Below are positions 7,496 through 13,649 of a stretch of DNA of 13,649 nt, one piece after another (the first letter of the stretch is position 1; the number at the start of each line of letters is the position of its first letter). Made by a program: the position numbers and the translations under genes. The notes beneath the pieces were generated by a model that saw only the letters and a program-made list of their open reading frames with translations, had not been told where the DNA came from and did not search any database. This DNA comes from Acidobacteriota bacterium (GTDB lineage Bacteria > Acidobacteriota > Thermoanaerobaculia > Multivoradales > UBA5704), in assembly GCA_040005235.1 (NCBI GenBank), contig JBDTZG010000102.1:1-13649 (forward strand), given 5' to 3'.

Positions 7496-8133
7496 CAGCC
7501 GCTCCGTCCGAAGAAGCCGCGTCGCCGCACGGGGGCGAGGGCATCCAGAGCGGCGGCGACCTGCGGATCGTCGCCGCCCCAGTTGATCGCTTCGCGGTAG
7601 AACCGCTCGGCTTTTTGTATGTCGCCGGTCTCGGCGGCGAGACGTCCGGCGAGCTTCAGATAGCCGGGGTTCATCGGCGTAAGTTGGCAGGCGCGCTCGA
7701 TCGCGATCAGCGCCCGCGGCATCTGCCCGGCATCCTGCGAACAGGCGAGCGACAGGTGGTGCCAGGCCTGGGCGTTGCCCCGGTCCTCTTGGACGGCCGC
7801 ATCGAAATTCTCTACCGCGGCCGCGAAATTGCGCTCGCGGTACGCCTTGATTCCGCGCTGGAGGTAGACCCGCCCCAGATTGCGTGCATCGACCACCTTC
7901 GCCGGCTCGACCGGCCGGGCGAGCTGGTGGTCGTGGTCGCGGCGCTGGGCCGAGTCGGAAAGGACGTTGAACGCCTGGGTGATGGCCTGGAAATCCAGCT
8001 CCGCCCGGTCTTTCTCCGCCCCCTGGAATCGATCCGGGTGACGCTCGCGCGCCAGCTCGCGAAAACGAGCCCGAACCTGCTCCTCGGTGGCGTTCCGGGG
8101 CAAAGCGAGAACCGAATAGAAATCGTTGGCCAT
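7495..8133 (-). CDS. J-domain (DnaJ-like) protein with C-terminal TPR repeats
   Basis: DFYSVLAL...ARERHPDRF...FQAITQAFNVLSD...R is a J domain with intact HPD. It is followed by about 3 TPR-like units (YLQRGIKAY, AWHHLSLA, YLKLAGRLAAETGDIQKAERFYREA). Its stop overlaps the PP2C start (TGATG). Confidence 0.92.
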   Translation of the reverse strand: MANDFYSVLALPRNATEEQVRARFRELARERHPDRFQGAEKDRAELDFQAITQAFNVLSDSAQRRDHDHQLARPVEPAKVVDARNLGRVYLQRGIKAYRERNFAAAVENFDAAVQEDRGNAQAWHHLSLACSQDAGQMPRALIAIERACQLTPMNPGYLKLAGRLAAETGDIQKAERFYREAINWGGDDPQVAAALDALAPVRRRGFFGRSG

Positions 8134-8143
8134 GGCTCGGCGT

Positions 8144-9148
8144 TTATTGAAGCTTGATTCTATACAAACGGAGCGCCGTGGAGCGCACCACGTCGGGAAT
8201 ATTGCGGTCGCGGCCCATGTCGCGCAAGTCGCGCACCGACAGCCGGGCGACCAGGCGCATCGAATAGACCACCGGCGTCCGCGGGTTTTGCACCAGCGCC
8301 TTGATGATCGGATACTTCGAGATCCATTCCCGGCGGGTGGCGATTTCGGCCAGGACCTCCTCGCACACCGCCCGGTTGCGCGCGATCTGCTCGGCTTCGG
8401 TGTCCGGAATGCCGTTGTTGGCCATTACCGCGAGCGCGATCTGCGCCACCGGATCGCGGATCAGGATGTTGCGCAGCGGCTTGGACGCCCCGCGCGTCAG
8501 GCGCATGCGGGCCGGCACCGGCAACAGGCGGATCTGCCCTTCCGAAAGCCCCGTGAGGTCGTCGAACTCGCCGGCCACCGGTTCGTTCTTGACCGCTTCG
8601 ATCGCCGCGACGAAAGCCTCGTCCGAGATCTCCGGAATCTCCTGGACGACGGCGGCGGCGCGCGGCAGAAGGTGTTGGCGATACTCCAGGATGCGGCGAT
8701 GGGTGTAGATCGCGATCTGCGGGTTTTCTTCCAGGGCGTCGAGAATTCCGGGCTCTTCGACGATCGCGTCCTGGCGCAGGATCAGGATTTCCTGGAGGTC
8801 GGCGGGCAGCCAGCGAGCCATTTCGACCAGCAGCCGGCGCGGCACGTCGCGCCGCCGCAGGATCGCTTCGAGCACCACCGGATGGCGCAGGCGGTCGGCG
8901 CAGAAGGCGAGCACCTCGAAGACCGGGGTCTGGTCGACCAGCCGGGCGAGCATCCGCGGGTCGAGCGAGGAGAGAGAGCGGTCGGCCAGCGTTGCGATCT
9001 CTGCATCGGCCGAGCGGGCAAGCTCGACCTGGAGCGGGATCATCTCTTCGGGGGGGAGCGGCAAAAGCCCGCCCGCGGCCAGGCGTCGTAGCTCTAGGTT
9101 GCCCCCGGATCGAACCTGCTCGATCAGGGCGTTGCCGCCTTCGGCCAC
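8144..9148 (-). CDS. Hypothetical alpha-helical repeat protein B (HEAT/LRV-like)
   Basis: 334 aa, GTG start 2 nt after the RodZ-like stop, normal globular composition. Repeated L..NP motifs (LEENPQI, LVQNPRTP, LIRDP) suggest a solenoid. Confidence 0.8.
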   Translation of the reverse strand: MAEGGNALIEQVRSGGNLELRRLAAGGLLPLPPEEMIPLQVELARSADAEIATLADRSLSSLDPRMLARLVDQTPVFEVLAFCADRLRHPVVLEAILRRRDVPRRLLVEMARWLPADLQEILILRQDAIVEEPGILDALEENPQIAIYTHRRILEYRQHLLPRAAAVVQEIPEISDEAFVAAIEAVKNEPVAGEFDDLTGLSEGQIRLLPVPARMRLTRGASKPLRNILIRDPVAQIALAVMANNGIPDTEAEQIARNRAVCEEVLAEIATRREWISKYPIIKALVQNPRTPVVYSMRLVARLSVRDLRDMGRDRNIPDVVRSTALRLYRIKLQ

Positions 9149-9150
9149 GC

Positions 9151-10134
9151 TTAGTGAGACTCTTTCTCGCTCTGTAGTTGGCGCAGGGTGTCGAGATCGA
9201 TCGTGCGCCGGATGACCTCGCCCTGGCGCCGCGACAGGGGGTAGGGCAGTCCGTTCAATCGGGCATCGACCGCGCCGGAGCTGCCGAGGGTCAGCTCGAT
9301 CGTGCGATCGGCGTCGACCTGGACCGTCTCGCCCTGCACCCGCTTTTCGCTCACGTGGCGGGCGCCGCCGTCCATCACGGCGTCGATCCAGCAGTCGGCG
9401 GTGAAGTCGAGGGTCAGGCGCAATGCTCGGGCGGGTACCGCGGGCGCCGGTTCGACCGGCACGGATTGGAGAGCCGGAGCGGTGGCGGCGTTGGCGGGCG
9501 GTGATTTCGGGGTCTCCGCCGCGGACGGCGCAGGCGAGCCGCCCGGCGGCGGCGTGGGGTGCTGGCGCCGCTGGTCGGCGAGCCAGGCGGCGAGCGCCAC
9601 GACGCCGAGCAGCACGGTGGTCGCGAGGCCGAGAAACAGCCAGCGTTTCCAGGTGCCGGAGGACGACGAGCGCGGCATCGACAGGCTCGGACCCGAGGGG
9701 TTCGGCCCGTCGGAGCCCGCGGCTCCTTCCCGGCCTTCCATCCCTTGCGCGGCGAGGAAATGATTGACCACCTCGTCGGGATTCAGGCCGACGTACCGGG
9801 CGTATTCGCGCAGGAACCCGCGGGCGAACACCGGCGCCGGCAACAGGGCGAAACGGTTTTCCTCCAACGCTTCGAGGTAACGCAAGCTGATCTTGGTCCG
9901 CTCGGCGATCTCGCGCAGGCCGACCTCGCGCGCTTCGCGCTGGCGGCGCAGCCAGATGCCGAACGAAGCCGGATCGCCATCTGTTGGACGCTCGATCGGC
10001 ACGGCGGGCACCGAAGGCGTTGAGCCTTCAGGGTTGGACTTGGCGCCGCGTGATCGCGACTCGACCGGAGGAGGCAATTCGGAATCGGCTCCGTGTTGGG
10101 GAATACGACGTCGTTTGAAGGGTTGTTCCGCCAC
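9151..10134 (-). CDS. rodZ: RodZ-like protein (HTH_25, transmembrane helix, DUF4115-like domain)
   Basis: FGIWLRRQREAREVGLREIAERTKISLRYLEALEENRFALLPAPVFARGFLREYARYVGL is the RodZ HTH. Single TM (WLFLGLATTVLLGVVALAAWL), Pro-rich linker, then CWIDAVMDG...LTLGSSGAVDARLNG. The start is uncertain: GTG 10134 is preferred over the ORF-track TTG 10173. Confidence 0.88.
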   Translation of the reverse strand: MAEQPFKRRRIPQHGADSELPPPVESRSRGAKSNPEGSTPSVPAVPIERPTDGDPASFGIWLRRQREAREVGLREIAERTKISLRYLEALEENRFALLPAPVFARGFLREYARYVGLNPDEVVNHFLAAQGMEGREGAAGSDGPNPSGPSLSMPRSSSSGTWKRWLFLGLATTVLLGVVALAAWLADQRRQHPTPPPGGSPAPSAAETPKSPPANAATAPALQSVPVEPAPAVPARALRLTLDFTADCWIDAVMDGGARHVSEKRVQGETVQVDADRTIELTLGSSGAVDARLNGLPYPLSRRQGEVIRRTIDLDTLRQLQSEKESH

Positions 10135-10144
10135 TCGAAGATCA

Positions 10145-10150
10145 ACTCTA
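10145..10150 (-). promoter_or_regulatory. Putative internal -10 (TAGAGT) upstream of the rodZ-like gene
   Basis: TAGAGT ends 10 nt before GTG 10134, with no SD. Confidence 0.4.
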
Positions 10151-10192
10151 CGCGCCCGGTCCCTGCCGGTCAAATATGGATCGATGAAAAAG

Positions 10193-11023
10193 TTAGGTCG
10201 CCCGGCCGCTGAGCAGCTCGGCCCGGCGGCGCAGCGGCGCGGCGAGCCGGGAATCGCCCGCCAGACCGCGAAGCTCGTCCTTGCGCAGGGCCGGCAGCAA
10301 CGGCAAGGCGACCGCCGCCGGCGTGTGCGGGTTCCGGCAGATCAGCAGGCGCAGATCGTGGCGCGTCCCCCAGCGCGGGTTCGCGGCCACCGCGGCGAGC
10401 AGCGCCGGCTGCGCCCGATCGCTCGAGAGCGCGGGAGCGAGCAAACCTTCGGTGAGGCGCGGATTCTCCAGCAGCGCGGCGATCACCCGCGGCGTCGGGT
10501 CGGACCGCAGGGCGGCGATCACGCCCGCCCCGCCGCGGCGGGCGATCGCGATCTTCTCCCCCACCGACAGGCGCGGCAACCGGGTGAGCAGCGCCAGCTC
10601 CGCCGCCCGCCGGACGGTCGGGCGCACCCGGACCTCCAAACTGACAGCCAGCAGGTCGGCCCAGTAAAGCCCCACCACCAGATTGAGCGCCACCACCTCG
10701 GGCGCGCGCGGCGAGAGCGCGAGCGCCCGGCGGACCTCGTAGGCCGAGACCAGGTGCGACCGCTCGGCGATCGCCCGCGCGCCCTCTGCCGAAAGATAAG
10801 GATTGCGCAGCGCTTCGACCGCCTCGCCCGCGTCGATCTCGTCGCCCTGCTCGGCGAGCAGGCGGGTCAGCTCTTCAGGACCCGCTTCGCGCAGCCTGCG
10901 CCCCAGCTCGGTCTCCTGCCAGGGTTTCGCCGGATTTCCGGGCGCGGAGAGCCCCCTTTCCGCATCCCCCGGGGTTTCCGCATCGGGCGGGTCGGACGAT
11001 TCGCGCAGAGCCTCGGCATCCAC
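10193..11023 (-). CDS. Hypothetical alpha-helical repeat protein A, related to 8144..9148
   Basis: 276 aa with recurring motifs LRNPYLS, LALSPRAP, LLENPRLT, ICRNPHTP. Its C-terminal ~120 aa align by eye with the C-terminus of 8144..9148. Confidence 0.8.
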   Translation of the reverse strand: MDAEALRESSDPPDAETPGDAERGLSAPGNPAKPWQETELGRRLREAGPEELTRLLAEQGDEIDAGEAVEALRNPYLSAEGARAIAERSHLVSAYEVRRALALSPRAPEVVALNLVVGLYWADLLAVSLEVRVRPTVRRAAELALLTRLPRLSVGEKIAIARRGGAGVIAALRSDPTPRVIAALLENPRLTEGLLAPALSSDRAQPALLAAVAANPRWGTRHDLRLLICRNPHTPAAVALPLLPALRKDELRGLAGDSRLAAPLRRRAELLSGRAT

Positions 11024-11030
11024 GCGATAG

Positions 11031-11036
11031 AGCTTA
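11031..11036 (-). promoter_or_regulatory. Putative -10 (TAAGCT) of a leaderless promoter for 10193..11023
   Basis: TAAGCT ends 7 nt before GTG 11023, with no SD. Confidence 0.55.
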
Positions 11037-11057
11037 CCGCCGTCGGGGGCCGGTTTC

Positions 11058-11066
11058 TGCTATCGT
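11058..11066 (+). promoter_or_regulatory. Putative extended -10 (TGcTATCGT) for greA
   Basis: TG-n-TATCGT ends 12 nt before ATG 11079. No SD in between (tcgcggtcccct). Confidence 0.55.
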
Positions 11067-11078
11067 TCGCGGTCCCCT

Positions 11079-13139
11079 ATGTCGATCTCTCGAAATACTC
11101 AGACCCAACTGTCCAAAGGCGACTTCTCAGCGATCGAAACCGATTGGCTGGCCAAGACCGCCGCATCCCCCGAAGAGCTGGATTATTTTGTCGGCGTCGC
11201 CCGCGCTCTCACCGGCAACGGCGAGGATTCGCGCGCCTCGACCCTGCTCGAAATGCTCGACGACGAGCTGAAATCCAAAGAGCTTTGGCGCGTGCGCCTG
11301 AAGCTCCTCTCCCGCGCCGGCAGCATCTACGTCGCCGACGACAAGCTCCATGCCGCGATCATGGCGACGCTCAAGCGGATTCACGGCTCTCGGCCGAGCT
11401 TCCAAGGGCTCGCCGACGCGGCTGGTCTTTCTCGCGCAATCCACGACCTGCCGAAGACCTGGGAAAAGGTCGAGCGCTTCGAGAGCCTGCTCGCGTTCGA
11501 CGTCGGTTCGGTGGTGATGATGGAGGGCAAAGGGGTCGGCCGGGTGGTCGAGGTCAACCTCGGCCTCGAAAGTTTCAAGGTCGATTTCGAGCGCATCCGC
11601 GGCATGAACGTCGGCTTCAAGGCCGCCGCGAAGCTGCTCCGTCCGCTCGAACCCGGGCACATCCTGCGGCGCAAGCTCGAAGAGCCCGAGACGCTCAAGT
11701 CACTGGTCAAGGAGCAGCCCTCCGAGCTGCTTCACGGCGTGCTGTCGAGCTTCGGCCGGCCGTTGAACGCGACCGAGATCCGCGAGGCGCTGGCGGGCAT
11801 CGTCTCGGAATCGCAATGGACCGGTTTCTGGAACGCCGCCCGGAAGCACCAGCAGGTGGTGGCCGCCGGCACCGGCAAGCAGACTTACCGCTGGGCCGAG
11901 ACCAGCGCCGACGCGCTGGACGATGTCTGGCGCGCCTACACCAAGGCCGACCCACGGCGGAGAATCGAGCTGTTTCGGCGCGACGCCGGGCGCGACCCCG
12001 CGCTCGCCCGCAAGATGGCCGACGACCTGGGACGGCTGGCCGAAATCGCCCAAGCGACCGAGCCGGGCCTCGCCTGGGAAATCTGGTTCAACCTCGAACG
12101 CCTGCTGGGCGCGCCCGAAGGCGTCGTCTGGGCGCCCGAATCGCTGCTCGAAGACGCCGAGCCGCGCCATCTGGCGGGTGGCATCGAAGACCGCCTGCTC
12201 CGCGAGCGCGCTTACGCCATGTGGCGCGAGAAGAGCGAGCGCTGGCCCGAGATCTTCCGCGACCTGTTCGGCATCGAGCAGGATCCGCGGGCGCTCGACC
12301 TGCTGGCCGACGGGCTCGCGTTCGCCGCCCCCAAGGACTACGAACGAATTCTCGACGGCCTGCTCGCCCAGCCGCATCGCCAGCCATGCGCCTTCGCCTG
12401 GCTCGCCGAGCGGGCGGCGACCGACGAGACGTTGCGCGCCCGGAATCCCTTGCGGCTGATGCAGCAGATCTTCACCTCGCTCAACCGAGACGAGTTCCTG
12501 CCGGTCCGCCTCCGCCTGCTCGCCCTGGTCGAATCGGGCAGCACGGTGCCGCGCCTGCTCTCCCACCTCTCCGAAGCGCAGGCGCCGCAGGCGTTCGACG
12601 CGGTGGAGCGGGCCGCCGCGCTGGAGCCTTATCAGAGGAAACAGCTGGCCAACGCCCTGGAGCTGCGCTTCGCCTCGCTGCGCAAGGAAGAGGAGGCGCC
12701 GCTGTACGCCCGCCGCGATTCGATCGAGGAAAAGCGGATCGAGCTGCACAACCTGCTCACCATCGAGATCCCGAACAACCGCAAGGCGATCGAAGAGGCG
12801 CGCGCCCACGGCGACCTGCGCGAGAATTTCGAGTACAAAGCAGCTCGCCAGCGCCACGAATACCTGAACTCCCGCGCCGCAGCGCTCAACGGCGATCTCT
12901 CCCGGGTCCGCCCGATCGAAGAGACCGCCGACCTGACGGAGATCCGCATCGGCACCCGCGCCCATCTGGTCGGCGGCCGGACGCTCACCCTGCTCGGCCC
13001 CTGGGAAAGCCAGCCGGAACAGGACGTCATCTCCTACGAATCGGACCTCGGCAAGTCGACTTTAGGGCTGCGCATCGGCGGCGAGATCGAGCTCGACGGC
13101 ATCAAGTACAAGATCGAGTCGATCGAGTCGGCGGGCTAG
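11079..13139 (+). CDS. greA: Extended GreA/GreB-family transcription elongation factor (686 aa)
   Basis: The C-terminal ~145 aa (EIPNNRKAIEEARAHGDLRENFEYKAAR, TLLGPWESQPEQDVISYESDLGKSTLG) form a Gre factor with both acidic tip residues. The ~540-aa N-terminal extension recalls the long chlamydial/spirochaetal GreA proteins. Confidence 0.9.
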   Translation: MSISRNTQTQLSKGDFSAIETDWLAKTAASPEELDYFVGVARALTGNGEDSRASTLLEMLDDELKSKELWRVRLKLLSRAGSIYVADDKLHAAIMATLKRIHGSRPSFQGLADAAGLSRAIHDLPKTWEKVERFESLLAFDVGSVVMMEGKGVGRVVEVNLGLESFKVDFERIRGMNVGFKAAAKLLRPLEPGHILRRKLEEPETLKSLVKEQPSELLHGVLSSFGRPLNATEIREALAGIVSESQWTGFWNAARKHQQVVAAGTGKQTYRWAETSADALDDVWRAYTKADPRRRIELFRRDAGRDPALARKMADDLGRLAEIAQATEPGLAWEIWFNLERLLGAPEGVVWAPESLLEDAEPRHLAGGIEDRLLRERAYAMWREKSERWPEIFRDLFGIEQDPRALDLLADGLAFAAPKDYERILDGLLAQPHRQPCAFAWLAERAATDETLRARNPLRLMQQIFTSLNRDEFLPVRLRLLALVESGSTVPRLLSHLSEAQAPQAFDAVERAAALEPYQRKQLANALELRFASLRKEEEAPLYARRDSIEEKRIELHNLLTIEIPNNRKAIEEARAHGDLRENFEYKAARQRHEYLNSRAAALNGDLSRVRPIEETADLTEIRIGTRAHLVGGRTLTLLGPWESQPEQDVISYESDLGKSTLGLRIGGEIELDGIKYKIESIESAG

Positions 13140-13142
13140 GGG

Positions 13143-13247
13143 GGCGGAGTTAGGCTAAGACCTCGGCAGAGGAGCCTCTCCCGGGATCGCCGAGCACCAG
13201 CTCGGCCGTTTTTGCGATCTCAACCGCTTCGGTGCCGAGCTGGCGCT
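13143..13247 (+). repeat. Direct repeat, copy 1 (~105 bp)
   Basis: Aligns with 13544..13649 at about 87/106 positions by hand count (~82%, one indel). Confidence 0.9.
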
Positions 13248-13260
13248 CGGCGGTCCCAGG
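13180..13260. repeat. REP-doublet (REPIN-like) palindrome 1
   Basis: 27-bp arms 13180-13206 and 13234-13260 are inverted repeats (24/27). Each arm is itself a hairpin, GCCGAGC-N4-GCTCGGC. Confidence 0.85.
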
Positions 13261-13325
13261 GAAAAGCCGAAGCCACGAACCTTCCAGTGTTACGCTCTGC
13301 GCTGATTCCCTGGAACAGACAATGA

Positions 13326-13559
13326 GCTACGTTTCTCCACCGAGAGGGCAATCCCGACGCCGCGCGGGCCGATCTGGCCGAGGCGCAGGAGATCGCGGAG
13401 CGGGGGCCGATGCCGTTGTTTCTGGCCGACATCGCCCTATTGCGGGCGCGGCTGTTCCGCGACCGTGCGGCGCTTCAAGAAGCGCGGCGGTTGTTCGAGA
13501 AGCATGGCTACGGGCGGCGGAGGGAGGAACTGGCGGACTTGTCGGCGGAGTTGGGGTAA
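13326..13559 (+). pseudogene. Start-less C-terminal fragment of a TPR-like helical protein
   Basis: After TGA 13323-13325 the frame reads ATFLHREGNPDAARADLAEAQEIAERGPMPLFLADIALLRARLFRDRAALQEARRLFEKHGYGRRREELADLSAELG-TAA. It is protein-like with high third-position GC, and resembles from memory the C-termini of large NTPase-TPR proteins. Absent from the ORF track. Confidence 0.7.
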
Positions 13560-13649
13560 GAATTCGGCGGAGGGGCTTCTCCTGGGCGCGCCGAGCTCCA
13601 GCTCGGCTGTTGGGGCGATCTCGGCCGCTTCGAGTGCCGAGCTGGAGCT
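13544..13649 (+). repeat. Direct repeat, copy 2, containing REP-doublet palindrome 2 (cut by window edge)
   Basis: Left arm CCTGGGCGCGCCGAGCTCCAGCTCGGC at 13581-13607. The right arm begins GCCGAGCTGGAGCT at 13636 and runs off the end. Confidence 0.9.

Noticed and set aside
1994-9091. Long antisense or alternative-frame ORFs (1994..3160, 2689..4062, 4240..5652, 4280..5527, 6522..7544, 8126..9091 and others)
   Set aside because: They largely overlap genes with clear family motifs or better operon fit, and have no motifs of their own; typical high-GC shadow ORFs.
9893-13153. 1086-aa plus-strand ORF
   Set aside because: Arg/Pro/Gly-rich with no motifs. It overlaps greA in another frame and is antisense to protein A and rodZ. 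Long stop-free shadow frames are expected at this GC content.
13220-13432. 70-aa minus-strand ORF
   Set aside because: It runs through the REP palindrome and is antisense to the more protein-like plus-strand fragment.
13180-13649. Possible CRISPR array or integron attC array
   Set aside because: The arms alternate in orientation, the spacers resemble each other rather than being unique, no cas or integrase gene is present, and I see no RYYYAAC/GTTRRRY attC ends.

Overview
GC-rich (roughly two-thirds G+C by eye) bacterial chromosomal window; gene content is reminiscent of Acidobacteriota/Myxococcota-type genomes (inference only). It opens with the 3' end of threonine synthase (+), converging on a minus-strand pair: a secreted Pro/Ala-linker protein and a toxin-less RHH antitoxin-like gene. 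A plus-strand run follows: NUDIX + metallo-beta-lactamase-fold fusion, universal stress protein, S46 dipeptidyl peptidase with a DPP11-type Arg, and a small membrane protein. Next is a tightly packed minus-strand cluster: helical-repeat protein A, RodZ-like protein, related helical-repeat protein B, J-domain/TPR protein and PP2C phosphatase. That cluster is transcribed divergently, across only 55 bp, from a 686-aa extended GreA. The last 500 bp hold two ~105-bp direct repeats, each made of the last codons of a gene plus a REP-doublet palindrome, flanking a start-less C-terminal fragment of a TPR-like protein that is missing from the ORF track. The best candidates for undescribed biology are the repeat-protein/RodZ/J-TPR/PP2C cluster with its divergent GreA, the terminal gene-tail + REP repeat unit, and the NUDIX-MBL fusion. 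All assignments come from motif recognition by eye; no searches were run.
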